Part shown: in pieces, positions 37,831 through 47,155 of the stretch
Numbering within the stretch: the stretch's first letter is position 1
Layout of the letters: the number at the start of each line of letters is the position of its first letter
NCBI GenBank assembly: GCA_902594005.1
Contig: CACJKN010000003.1
Coordinates: forward strand, 7,219-71,218
DNA from: an uncultured SAR86 cluster bacterium
Lineage (GTDB): Bacteria; Pseudomonadota; Gammaproteobacteria; Magnimaribacterales; D2472
Direction of reading: 5' to 3'
DNA length: 64,000 nucleotides
Made by a program: the position numbers and the translations under genes
The notes under the pieces: generated by a model
What the model saw: the letters and a program-made list of their open reading frames with translations, nothing else
Told to the model about the DNA's origin: nothing
The model's database searches: none

Positions 37831-39330
37831 ATGAGTTATAGAGTATTAAATAGCATTTCAGTTAAAAATCTAAGCGGCAAAGAGTTTGTGAAAGATAAAT
37901 CCTCTCTTTTGGTAGTCCTTGTTGATAAGTCTGCTAAAAAGAATAAATTGCTAATTCATATGGATAAAGTAACAAAGGGTAGTTTATTTAAATCTATAAA
38001 TTCCTTCTTGAAGTCAAAAGCTAAATCTCTAAATCTTCAAAGTCCCGATGGTGTTTCATCAAAAGAAGTTCTGCTTATGAAGACTCCTGAGAAATCTGAT
38101 ACCTACCTATGGTTAGATCTATTTAAATCTATTTCAAAAATAGCTAATTCTCTTGGAAAACAGGACATCTCTGTTATGTTTGCGTGCAAATGTCCTGATG
38201 GGAAAGATGAAAGCTGGTTGACCGAAGTTTGTTGCAGACAAATAGAAGCATCTGCATATATTTTTGGTAGCTCTAAAAATAAAACAGTTGTAAAACCTAG
38301 TTTAAAAAAGGCTTCCATCATAGCGAGTTCTGTAACATCCTCAGCTTTAAAGAAGCTTAAAACCTCGGCTAAGGTTGGCTTTGCGGTTGGTGAAGCAATG
38401 AATGCAGCTAAGCATTTAGGCGATATGCCTGCAAATTTATGTACTCCAAGAATAATTGAAAGAAAAGTTAAAGCCTTAAAAAAACCATTTCCAAAATTAA
38501 AGATTTCAACTTTTAATGAAAAAGACTTGGCTAAGCTTAAAATGGGCTCTTTCTTAAGTGTTGGAAGAGGAAGTGATGAGCCTTCAAGAATGATGACAAT
38601 TGAGCATAAAGGTGGAAAAGCTGGTGAAAAACCAATTGTCTTAGTTGGTAAAGGAATAACCTTTGATACTGGCGGTATATCGTTGAAGCCATCCCCTGCA
38701 ATGGATGAAATGAAATGGGATATGTGCGGAGCAGCCTCGGTGTTTGGCGTAATGATTGCTCTAGCGAGACTCAACGCAAAAGTTAATGTTGTGGGTCTTC
38801 TTGCGTGTGCTGAAAATATGCCTTCTGCCCATGCAACTAAACCTGGAGATGTTGTAACATCAATGTCAGGACAAACTATTGAAATCCTTAATACTGATGC
38901 AGAAGGAAGATTAGTTCTTTGCGATGCTCTTACGTATGTTAAGAAATATAAGCCTGCTCATGTAATAGATATAGCCACATTAACTGGAGCATGTGTAGTT
39001 GCTCTTGGTAACTATGCATCTGGTTTAATGGCAAATGACCAAAAACTTGCAGATAAGATATTGCAAGCTGGAGAAAATTCTGGCGATAGAGCATGGCAAT
39101 TACCACTCTGGGATGAATATAAATCTTGCACCAAAACAAATTTTGCTGATTTAGCAAACATAGGTGGTGCTGGTGCTGGTACTGTTACAGCAGCATGCTT
39201 TTTATCAAAGTTTACAGAAGACTATAGCTGGGCTCATTTAGATATTGCCGGAACTGCATGGGTTAAAGGCAATGAAAAAGGTGGAACAGGAAGGCCAGTT
39301 CCTCTTCTTTGTGATTTGATTTTAAGTTAA
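37831..39330 (+). CDS. pepA: Leucyl aminopeptidase (M17)
   Basis: M17 signature NTDAEGRLVLCDAL plus VGKGITFDTGG. An AGGAGA Shine-Dalgarno precedes it. Confidence 0.96.
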   Translation: MSYRVLNSISVKNLSGKEFVKDKSSLLVVLVDKSAKKNKLLIHMDKVTKGSLFKSINSFLKSKAKSLNLQSPDGVSSKEVLLMKTPEKSDTYLWLDLFKSISKIANSLGKQDISVMFACKCPDGKDESWLTEVCCRQIEASAYIFGSSKNKTVVKPSLKKASIIASSVTSSALKKLKTSAKVGFAVGEAMNAAKHLGDMPANLCTPRIIERKVKALKKPFPKLKISTFNEKDLAKLKMGSFLSVGRGSDEPSRMMTIEHKGGKAGEKPIVLVGKGITFDTGGISLKPSPAMDEMKWDMCGAASVFGVMIALARLNAKVNVVGLLACAENMPSAHATKPGDVVTSMSGQTIEILNTDAEGRLVLCDALTYVKKYKPAHVIDIATLTGACVVALGNYASGLMANDQKLADKILQAGENSGDRAWQLPLWDEYKSCTKTNFADLANIGGAGAGTVTAACFLSKFTEDYSWAHLDIAGTAWVKGNEKGGTGRPVPLLCDLILS

Positions 39331-39345
39331 AGAACTTTTACCTAA

Positions 39346-41568
39346 ATGGATAAAAGATATGAGCCACTTATTATTGAAGAAAAGTGGTCAGAGCTTTGGG
39401 CAAAAAATAATTTAGGTAAAAACAACTCTTCACAAACTTTTTCGCAGGTTATTCCACCTCCGAATGTAACTGGAACTCTTCATATGGGGCATAGCTTCCA
39501 GTATTCGATAATGGATTTCTATGCCAGATATAACCACTTAAATGATGTAAATACTCATTGGCAGATGGGTACCGATCATGCAGGAATTGCAACGCAAATG
39601 GTCGTTGAAAACAACCTATCTAGAGAAAATATTGATAAAAATGATTTGGGTAGAGAAGATTTTGTTAAAAAAGTTTGGGAGTGGAAAGAATTTTCAGAAA
39701 ATAAGATTACTGGACAAATTAAAAGGTTAGGTAATTCAGTTGATTGGAGTAATTACAGATTTACTTTAGATGAAGGTTTTAATGAAGCTGTTCTTAAAGC
39801 TTTTGTTGAGCTTTATAGGAAAGAGAAAATCTATCGTGGTTACAGGTTAGTAAACTGGGATCCATCTTTAAAAACTGCGGTTTCAGATTTGGAGGTTGTA
39901 AGACAAGAAAAAAAAGGTCTTATTTGGTATATAAAATATCCAATTATAGGTTCAGATAATTTTGTAACAGTTGCAACAACACGTCCAGAAACTATGTTTG
40001 GAGATATGGCAATTGCAGTTAATCCTGAAGATAGAAGATACAAAGATATCATTGGAAAAAAGGTTGAGCTCCCATTTGTAAAGAGAAAAATCCCAGTAAT
40101 TGGTGATGACTATGTTGATAAAGAGTTTGGAACGGGTTGCCTTAAGATTACTCCAGGGCATGACTTTAATGACTATGAAATTGGTAAAAAATACTGCCTT
40201 CATTGTGTGGATAATGAAGTTCATATATCTGATGATATTGAAGATTTTAAACCACTTAATATTTTTACTGATGAAGCGCATAGTAATGATAATGTCCCTT
40301 CTCCCTTCAAAAATTTAGACAGATTCAAAGTAAGAAAGCTTGTTCTTGAAGAAATTAAAAAGCTTAATTTATTTGTAAAAGAGGAACCGCATGAAATCAG
40401 TGTTCCTCGAGGAGAGCGCTCAAATATAGTTATAGAGCCTAAACTGAGTTATCAGTGGTATGTAAAAACAAAGGACATGGCTGAAAAGGCAAATAAAGCT
40501 GTAAAAAATGGAGAAATTAAATTTCATCCCGAAAACTGGATTAAAACTTATTTCAACTGGATGAATAATATTGAAGATTGGTGTATTAGCAGACAAATCT
40601 GGTGGGGTCATAGAATTCCTGCTTGGTATGACGATCATGGAAATGTTTATGTAGGGTATTCTGAAAATGAAGTGCGAACTCATTATTCACTTGATAATAG
40701 ATCGCTAAGGCAAGATGATGATGTTTTAGATACGTGGTTTTCCTCGAGCCTTTGGCCTTTTGCATCAATGGGATGGCCAAATGAATCAAAAAATCTAAAA
40801 ACTTTTTTCCCGACAGACCTATTAGTTACTGGTTTTGACATTATTTTCTTCTGGGTTGCAAGAATGATAATGATGAGCATTGAATTTACTGGAAAGATTC
40901 CTTTTAAAGATGTCTATGTTACTGGCCTCATAAGAGATGAAAATGGACAAAAAATGTCAAAGTCCAAAGGCAATATTATTGATCCTATTGACTTAATATA
41001 TGGTATATCTTTAGAAGATCTTCTTGAAAAAAGAACATCAAATCTTATGCAAGAGGGTTTAGCAGAAAAGATTGCTAGAAAAACACAAAAACAATTCCCA
41101 AATGGTATTGAGTCATATGGAACGGATGCTTTAAGGATGACATTTTATTCTATTGCAACTAATGCTAAGGATATAAGTTTTGAAATTGGGAGATTAAAGG
41201 GGTTTAGAAATTTTTGTACCAAAATGTGGAATGCTGCAAGATTCATTAATGGTTATGAAAACAAAGGTAATAATTTTGAAGCTAAATCTGAATCTGATAA
41301 ATGGATATTAAAAGAATTTGAGCAGCTAAAAGCCGATGTTGAGGATAATGTAAATCATTACAGGTTAGATTTAGCTATTAATCATGTGTATGAGTTTTTC
41401 TGGAATAAGTTTTGTGACGTTTACATTGAAGAATGCAAAAAAACTGAAAAAACTGACAATCTGCATCCCCTTCTTAAGGAAATACTTGTTTTTATTCATC
41501 CTTTTGCTCCGTTTATAACTGAAGAGATTCATTCAATTATTTTTAAAGCGCCATTAATTGATAGGTAG
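39346..41568 (+). CDS. valS: Valine--tRNA ligase, C-terminally short (740 aa)
   Basis: HIGH region PPPNVTGTLHMGH, editing-domain TTRPETMFGD and GTGCLKITPGHDFNDYE, and KMSKSKGN. The ORF stops about 10 aa after HPFAPFITEEI. The convergent astB stop is 3 nt away. Confidence 0.93.
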   Translation: MDKRYEPLIIEEKWSELWAKNNLGKNNSSQTFSQVIPPPNVTGTLHMGHSFQYSIMDFYARYNHLNDVNTHWQMGTDHAGIATQMVVENNLSRENIDKNDLGREDFVKKVWEWKEFSENKITGQIKRLGNSVDWSNYRFTLDEGFNEAVLKAFVELYRKEKIYRGYRLVNWDPSLKTAVSDLEVVRQEKKGLIWYIKYPIIGSDNFVTVATTRPETMFGDMAIAVNPEDRRYKDIIGKKVELPFVKRKIPVIGDDYVDKEFGTGCLKITPGHDFNDYEIGKKYCLHCVDNEVHISDDIEDFKPLNIFTDEAHSNDNVPSPFKNLDRFKVRKLVLEEIKKLNLFVKEEPHEISVPRGERSNIVIEPKLSYQWYVKTKDMAEKANKAVKNGEIKFHPENWIKTYFNWMNNIEDWCISRQIWWGHRIPAWYDDHGNVYVGYSENEVRTHYSLDNRSLRQDDDVLDTWFSSSLWPFASMGWPNESKNLKTFFPTDLLVTGFDIIFFWVARMIMMSIEFTGKIPFKDVYVTGLIRDENGQKMSKSKGNIIDPIDLIYGISLEDLLEKRTSNLMQEGLAEKIARKTQKQFPNGIESYGTDALRMTFYSIATNAKDISFEIGRLKGFRNFCTKMWNAARFINGYENKGNNFEAKSESDKWILKEFEQLKADVEDNVNHYRLDLAINHVYEFFWNKFCDVYIEECKKTEKTDNLHPLLKEILVFIHPFAPFITEEIHSIIFKAPLIDR

Positions 41569-41571
41569 GAA

Positions 41572-42891
41572 TTAGAGTTTCTGAAATTCATATATTGAGC
41601 CAGTGTCAAAGATTTGTGTAAGCTCATCGAGGACTCTTCTGCTCTCATCAAGTAGATTTGGATCCTTAAGATCATCAGGATAAAGCACATCTCTGTACTC
41701 TCTTTCAATTAATAATTTAATAGATTCTAGTCTCTCATTATTCATTAGGAAATTTTGATTAAGACTATCAAGCTCTTCATCATTTAAGATTACTTTTAAC
41801 CTTAGACATGCAGGCCCTCCGCCATTCATCATACTTTGCCTAATATCAACAAAATCAAAAAGCTTTACGTCTGAGATTTGTTTTAGTTTATCTAGCCAAG
41901 ACATACAATTCTCAAATCCTTTAACTTCTTCAGGAAGAATTAATTGCATCTCGTTATCGCTATTAGTTATTAGTTGAGAATTAAGGAGATATGAATTAAT
42001 AATATCCTTTAATGGAATTTCAGAATTAGAAATCTCAATATATTGAAAATTATCAATTTTAGATTCAAGTATATTTAGCATCTTATTTAGATCGTCTTTA
42101 TTTTGAAAAGCATTTTCATGCGCAATGAAGACATTCTCATTCGAGAGACTAACGATATCATTATGAAAGCTTCCTTCCTCTATAGCTTGAAGATTTTGCT
42201 GAAGAAAAAAAGTATTTTCTATATCTAGCTTATGATTAAAAGCAATTGATCTAGAGACTTCAAGCGCTTGTCTTTTTACTGACTTTTTATCATTTTTAAA
42301 ACCGCTTTCACCATATACAAATATTTCAAAGCCTTTTTCATTGTGGGATTTACTTATTCTCAAATGATTTGCAGCTCCTTCATCACCATAACCTGAAATA
42401 GTGATAGCAGGACTGTGAATTTCAAAGTATTTTTTAGGAAAAATTATTTTGCATTGCTGATATGTAAATTCTGTTTCAATGCTTCTATGAAACATAGTAT
42501 TTAAATTTGCTGGCGTTAAGTGAATCTTATTATCCTTGGTATCAGGACTTGGAGATATAGTTGCTGCATTAGCTGCCCACATTGATGAGGCAGATGAGAA
42601 ATTACTTAATAAAACCTTAGAATGATTGAATGCTGAAGAAAGTATCTCTTCATCAGTTCCATTAAAGCCAAGCTTTTTTAGTCCCGGTATAAAAGGTCTT
42701 TCATGAGGAAGAAAAAAACCCTGCCCCAATCCGCAAGCAATTAAGGTTTCTGCTTTTTTAATTCCTTGTAGCGCTGCATTTTTAGGATTGGAGGGTGAAG
42801 AATAGTTTTTTTTTGATGCATTATTACCCTCAGATAGTCCTGAATAGTTGTGAGTAGGGCCAATCAAACCGTCGAAGTTTACTTCAGACAT
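41572..42891 (-). CDS. astB: N-succinylarginine dihydrolase
   Basis: N-terminal EVNFDGLIGPTHNYSGLSEGNNAS and the C-terminal catalytic-Cys region GGGPACLRL. Confidence 0.9.
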   Translation of the reverse strand: MSEVNFDGLIGPTHNYSGLSEGNNASKKNYSSPSNPKNAALQGIKKAETLIACGLGQGFFLPHERPFIPGLKKLGFNGTDEEILSSAFNHSKVLLSNFSSASSMWAANAATISPSPDTKDNKIHLTPANLNTMFHRSIETEFTYQQCKIIFPKKYFEIHSPAITISGYGDEGAANHLRISKSHNEKGFEIFVYGESGFKNDKKSVKRQALEVSRSIAFNHKLDIENTFFLQQNLQAIEEGSFHNDIVSLSNENVFIAHENAFQNKDDLNKMLNILESKIDNFQYIEISNSEIPLKDIINSYLLNSQLITNSDNEMQLILPEEVKGFENCMSWLDKLKQISDVKLFDFVDIRQSMMNGGGPACLRLKVILNDEELDSLNQNFLMNNERLESIKLLIEREYRDVLYPDDLKDPNLLDESRRVLDELTQIFDTGSIYEFQKL

Positions 42892-43882
42892 TTATTGCAA
42901 CCTTACTATTAGTTCCTAATTTAAGGGTCTTAATAAGGTTTCTATGAATTGAAACTTTTTCTCCATCAAAAGAAAAATCTGATCTAACAACTCTAAAACC
43001 TTTTAGATCAGTATTTGAAATAAGGCCAGTATATTGCTTTTCTGGCAATCCAAATGATCTTATTTTTACAGACTGATTATTTTTTATTGTTTTAATTTCA
43101 TTTAGTTTGCAGTCAAGGCACGGCCCAGCATCAATAATATCTACCAAGCCATTAAGTTTAAAGTTCTGAGACTCCATCATTTTGAAAGCTGGTAGCGCAT
43201 TGTCATTTGGAATTCCAATTATCCTTTGAGCTGATCTATTTAATGGGCTTACAAGGAATGGGTGTTTAGGTATAGACTCTGCTATAAATGAATTATTTAT
43301 ATAACTTATTTCATCGTTATTGAATATTTCTTCATCGAAAAAGTGTTTACTAAAATATTTCCAGAAAATTGAATTATCATCTTTATCTACTTTACCTCTT
43401 ATTTCAGCAACGACTTTCTTATCAAATCTCTCTGGCCAGAGCGCCATAAACTTAAAGCGCGCCAATGACAATAAAGATCCTCTTCCCTTTCCTCTAAAAT
43501 CGGGATGTAAAAAAAGAGTGCCTAACTCGGTATATGGATTTTTAACTTTATGTAACTGTATAACATCCAGACTTTTCTTAAAATTAAAGGCTTTTGAAGA
43601 AATTATCTTCTTTTTTTGTTTAAAAAAAACAGAGGTCCCGTTCTTTGAAACAGATGTATAGATAGCAGAAATACCAACTATTCTATTATTCTCTTTAAGA
43701 ACAAAAAGATAGGAATCTTTATCGGGTCTTTTTGTTTTCTTGTTAAGAGATTTTTTAGACCAGCTTATTCTATCAAGGACTTCATCTTTTGATTTAGGCA
43801 AGGTTGTCATGCCCGAATCACCATCTTTAATTAAGTCATATATTTCTTGGCAATCTTTTACCTTGGCCAGCCTTACAAACAT
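42884..43882 (-). CDS. astA: Arginine N-succinyltransferase
   Basis: Collinear with E. coli AstA as recalled (ELGTLFLHPDFRGKGRGSLLSLARFKFMA, KVVAEIRGKVD, FIAESIPKHP, DIIDAGPCLDC). It overlaps astB by 8 nt. Confidence 0.88.
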   Translation of the reverse strand: MFVRLAKVKDCQEIYDLIKDGDSGMTTLPKSKDEVLDRISWSKKSLNKKTKRPDKDSYLFVLKENNRIVGISAIYTSVSKNGTSVFFKQKKKIISSKAFNFKKSLDVIQLHKVKNPYTELGTLFLHPDFRGKGRGSLLSLARFKFMALWPERFDKKVVAEIRGKVDKDDNSIFWKYFSKHFFDEEIFNNDEISYINNSFIAESIPKHPFLVSPLNRSAQRIIGIPNDNALPAFKMMESQNFKLNGLVDIIDAGPCLDCKLNEIKTIKNNQSVKIRSFGLPEKQYTGLISNTDLKGFRVVRSDFSFDGEKVSIHRNLIKTLKLGTNSKVAINV

Positions 43883-43891
43883 ACTTGAGAA

Positions 43892-45640
43892 TTAGAATAA
43901 AGAGTTATTTAAATATGCTTTAAAGCTATAAATGATTGTTTGATTATCATTAGATACTTCTGGAATTAGCAATAAAACATCAATATCACTGTCATTGTCG
44001 AAATCTATCCAGAAATTATTAACACTATTAGGATCTAAACCAATTAAGTCTGAGAAGTCCTGCTCTATCCAGTCCTGGGTGTTTGTTTCGTCATCATTTA
44101 CAACGAAGTTTTTTTCAAAGGCAATAAAATGTTTATCGCTCGGAATATTATCTGCTTTATATGGCAGTTCTGTATATGGAATAAAAATATCGGCAAAACC
44201 ACTCCGATCAACATCAAAATTTAAAAATTCATTTGAAAATTTTAGACTTCCATCAAACAAGTATTCATTTGCAAGATCTCCATTGTTAAGTCTTGAAATT
44301 TCATTTATAGAATCATCTTCAGAAACATTCTTTTCATAAATACTAAATTTATAAGTATTTGATGAAGTACTCTTTTCTAGAGATAAAAGGTCTGTAAGAC
44401 CATCTAAGTTTCCATCAATGGCTATCATCCTAACAGCAAAACCATCGCCTGAAATTAAGCCAGAATCAATATAATCCTCAACTGGAGTTGACCAATCAAA
44501 GTAAACATCTTCAACTCTTGAATTATATAAATTATACAATGGGCCATCTGTTGTTTTAATAGAAAAAATTGTGTCAGGTATTCCGTCTCCATCAGCATTT
44601 ATTAGCACAGTACTAGTAAAATCAAATTGTTTCTCAACCCAGTTACATAGGTAAGATATTCCTTCGATACATCCATTACTTCTTGTATATGGATTAAGAG
44701 AACTAAGAGGATTTGAAAGTTGAACAAATGGTCCTTCCTCTGAAGGGATTATGTAAAAAGGTAAATCCGTTGTGCCTCCGTTTCCGAGAAGCATCGCGTC
44801 GGGCCTGAAATTTGAATTAACATCATAAAGAACTGAAGGCCCAACGCTAACATTGGAAAGGTCTAATTGAGTCTCATTGGTTAAATACTCTTCGTCTTGA
44901 AGGACTAAGCCTTCTTCAGTTGTAAGAAAGAAACAGATACCTCGTTTATTAATAGATTCTTCTGAAGAGCTTGATACTGTCATTAGATCTGGAGCACCAT
45001 CTTCATCAAAATCTATTCTAATCAATTGATTTGCAGCACAATTATCAGAATTTATATTTGAAAACGTATAAGGGTTTTCAGCACTTATAGAAGACATATC
45101 CTGCCCATAGAATGCAAGTATATAGTATTGAGAATCCCCATCATTCACGGATTTTGAGTCCTCAAGTAAAATTACGATATCCAAAAATAAGTCATTATTA
45201 AAATAGCCAATTGATGTATCTATTGCCTCTAATGAGTGCTCTATACCGAATTCTAGGGATCCTAGATTAAATGTTTCTGCATCATCAAAATCAAAGTAAT
45301 CAATAAAATCTTTACTAACTTCAATTTCTGTAGAGGCATTTACAAAATTAATACTCGTTCTGCACTGAATTCCGTAATTTGCAATCCCTTTTCTTTTTGC
45401 TACAAACTCTCTACTTCCTGATGTCTCTAACTCTCCAAGCCAAGAACCAGTTGTTGAAGTTGCATAACATTGGGAAGCATTAGATTGCCAGCTGATTGTA
45501 TAAGTCTCATCATATGCAGGAGCATCATTTGATGAGCTTACAGAGGCTTCTAATAAAGCAACACTATCATCATCGCTACTGCTGCAACCTATTAGCAATA
45601 AGATTACGGGAAAGATTAAGAAATTTTTATTTTTGAACAT
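43892..45640 (-). CDS. Lipoprotein with N-terminal beta-rich domain and seven FG-GAP/VCBS-like repeats (predicted beta-propeller)
   Basis: The signal peptide has a lipobox (LLLIGC, followed by SSSDDD). Seven spaced Asp-rich repeats are present: YFNNDLFLDIV, DFDEDGAPDL, DVNSNFRPDA, NADGDGIPDT, DGNLDGLTDL, DVDRSGFADI and DFDNDSDIDV. Confidence 0.7.
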   Translation of the reverse strand: MFKNKNFLIFPVILLLIGCSSSDDDSVALLEASVSSSNDAPAYDETYTISWQSNASQCYATSTTGSWLGELETSGSREFVAKRKGIANYGIQCRTSINFVNASTEIEVSKDFIDYFDFDDAETFNLGSLEFGIEHSLEAIDTSIGYFNNDLFLDIVILLEDSKSVNDGDSQYYILAFYGQDMSSISAENPYTFSNINSDNCAANQLIRIDFDEDGAPDLMTVSSSSEESINKRGICFFLTTEEGLVLQDEEYLTNETQLDLSNVSVGPSVLYDVNSNFRPDAMLLGNGGTTDLPFYIIPSEEGPFVQLSNPLSSLNPYTRSNGCIEGISYLCNWVEKQFDFTSTVLINADGDGIPDTIFSIKTTDGPLYNLYNSRVEDVYFDWSTPVEDYIDSGLISGDGFAVRMIAIDGNLDGLTDLLSLEKSTSSNTYKFSIYEKNVSEDDSINEISRLNNGDLANEYLFDGSLKFSNEFLNFDVDRSGFADIFIPYTELPYKADNIPSDKHFIAFEKNFVVNDDETNTQDWIEQDFSDLIGLDPNSVNNFWIDFDNDSDIDVLLLIPEVSNDNQTIIYSFKAYLNNSLF

Positions 45641-45699
45641 AATTTTTTTTGTAAATTATCTCATATTATTAGTGTTGTTTTATAGAAGCTTTTTAATTT

Positions 45700-46161
45700 T
45701 TATTTTTTAACCTTTAAAACCATCTTGATGTGATCGATATCATCTTCTAGGTAAACACTACCCTCTTTTTCAAAGCCTAAATCTTTATAAAAATTAATGA
45801 GCCTATATTGGGCAGATATTGTTATATCCGATTCTGGAAAATGATTTTTTATAAATTGAATAGATTCATGAGTAATACTTTTTCCAAAACCTTTTCCTCT
45901 GTATTCTTGATCAGTAACAATTCTTCCTATTGAGGCAGTCTTATATTTAATGCCAGGAGGAAAAACCCTAGAATACCCCACTAACTTATCATTTCTGTAT
46001 AGAAGAAGATGATTTGCATCTTGATCTGAATAATCTAAATCCTCATAAAAGCAATCTTGTTCGATTATAAAAACCTTCTGTCTAAGACTTAAAACATCAT
46101 AAAGTTCTTCCTTAGAGATTGACTCGAAATCATGCCAAATGAATTTAGATTTGCTAGTCAT
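45700..46161 (-). CDS. GNAT-family N-acetyltransferase, ElaA-like
   Basis: 153 aa. The N-terminal LYDVLSLRQKVFIIEQDCFYEDLDYSDQDANHLL resembles E. coli ElaA as recalled. The acetyl-CoA loop is RGKGFGKSI. Confidence 0.75.
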   Translation of the reverse strand: MTSKSKFIWHDFESISKEELYDVLSLRQKVFIIEQDCFYEDLDYSDQDANHLLLYRNDKLVGYSRVFPPGIKYKTASIGRIVTDQEYRGKGFGKSITHESIQFIKNHFPESDITISAQYRLINFYKDLGFEKEGSVYLEDDIDHIKMVLKVKK

Positions 46162-46243
46162 AATATAAAAATTAATGCTGTATAATAGCGTTAAGGGAGA
46201 TATTTCTACAAATTTAATTCAAAACCATTTCAACCAAACATCT

Positions 46244-46723
46244 ATGGATGATATATATAATATTGAAGTAAAAGACTCAGCTAATAGCAATATTAGTATG
46301 TCTGATTTTGCAGGTAAAACACTTTTAATAGTTAATGTTGCAAGCAAATGTGGGCTTACTCCACAATACGAAGGTCTGCAAAAACTATATGATGATTATA
46401 AAGATAGAAATTTTGTTATCCTTGGCTTCCCATGTAATCAATTTGGTGGACAAGAGCCAGGAACTGATAAAGAAATTGGTGAATTTTGCGATATTAACTT
46501 CTCAGTAACTTTTCCAATTTTTTCTAAGATAAAGGTAAATGGTCCAGAAGCACATCCTTTATTTAAAATCCTTAAAAGCGATAAACCTGGTATTTTTAGA
46601 ACTCAATCAATAAAGTGGAACTTTACAAAGTTTCTTATCAATAGCAACGGTAAAATCATTGAGAGGTTTAGTCCAAGAGTTGAACCTAAGTATATAAGAA
46701 AAGAAATTGAGAAAATCTTATAA
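46244..46723 (+). CDS. Glutathione peroxidase (Cys-type, BtuE-like)
   Basis: Motifs VNVASKCGLTPQY (Cys, not Sec), LGFPCNQFGGQEP and IKWNFTKFL. The start is set at ATG 46244 (MDDIYNIEV). The ORF-track start at 46175 would add 23 non-conserved residues and leave 13 nt to the divergent gene. Confidence 0.88.
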   Translation: MDDIYNIEVKDSANSNISMSDFAGKTLLIVNVASKCGLTPQYEGLQKLYDDYKDRNFVILGFPCNQFGGQEPGTDKEIGEFCDINFSVTFPIFSKIKVNGPEAHPLFKILKSDKPGIFRTQSIKWNFTKFLINSNGKIIERFSPRVEPKYIRKEIEKIL

Positions 46724-47155
46724 TCCTTGCCTAGACATCAATAATGCATCTTCCCTTGGGCTGCCATCATAATAGTTGTATCTAATAGCATCTCTTTTAA
46801 ATCCAAATTTTTCGTAAAAATCTATTGCTTTATAGTTACTAACTCGCACCTCAAGAAAAATAACAGTTGCTCCTAAAACTTTAGACTGAAAAAGAACCTT
46901 ATCAAGAATTTTTTTTCCATATCCTCTTCCTTGAAAATCCTTTGAGACAGTTATATTTAATAAATGCGAGTCAGTGCCAATAACTGAAAAAAAAGCATAC
47001 CCAAGGATATTTTTTTTATCCTTTAGAACTATGGAACTATTTCCTGCATTAAGAGAAGACTTGAAATTATTTGGGCTCCATGGATATTCATTTGTTTCCT
47101 TTTCAATTTTTGAAATCTTATCTAAATCACTAAAGCTTGCCAGTTTAAGGTCCAT
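46718..47155 (-). CDS. rimI: Ribosomal-protein-alanine N-acetyltransferase
   Basis: GNAT fold with QGRGYGKKIL. It has RimI-like length (145 aa) and lies immediately downstream of the holD-like gene, as in E. coli holD-rimI. Confidence 0.8.
   Translation of the reverse strand: MDLKLASFSDLDKISKIEKETNEYPWSPNNFKSSLNAGNSSIVLKDKKNILGYAFFSVIGTDSHLLNITVSKDFQGRGYGKKILDKVLFQSKVLGATVIFLEVRVSNYKAIDFYEKFGFKRDAIRYNYYDGSPREDALLMSRQGL

Noticed and set aside
38103-38774. A 223-aa ORF antisense to pepA. Similar long antisense ORFs include 17711..18208 in infB, 14029..14436 in pnp, 7947..8339 in hemA and 36837..37250 in lptF.
   Set aside because: These are shadow ORFs opposite strongly conserved genes. Their composition is low-complexity and rich in Ser, Leu, Ile and Phe. 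I saw no Shine-Dalgarno and no recognisable motifs.
46175-46243. A 23-codon N-terminal extension of glutathione peroxidase.
   Set aside because: The extension is non-conserved and leaves only 13 nt to the divergent GNAT gene. Gpx/BtuE homology starts at the ATG at 46244.
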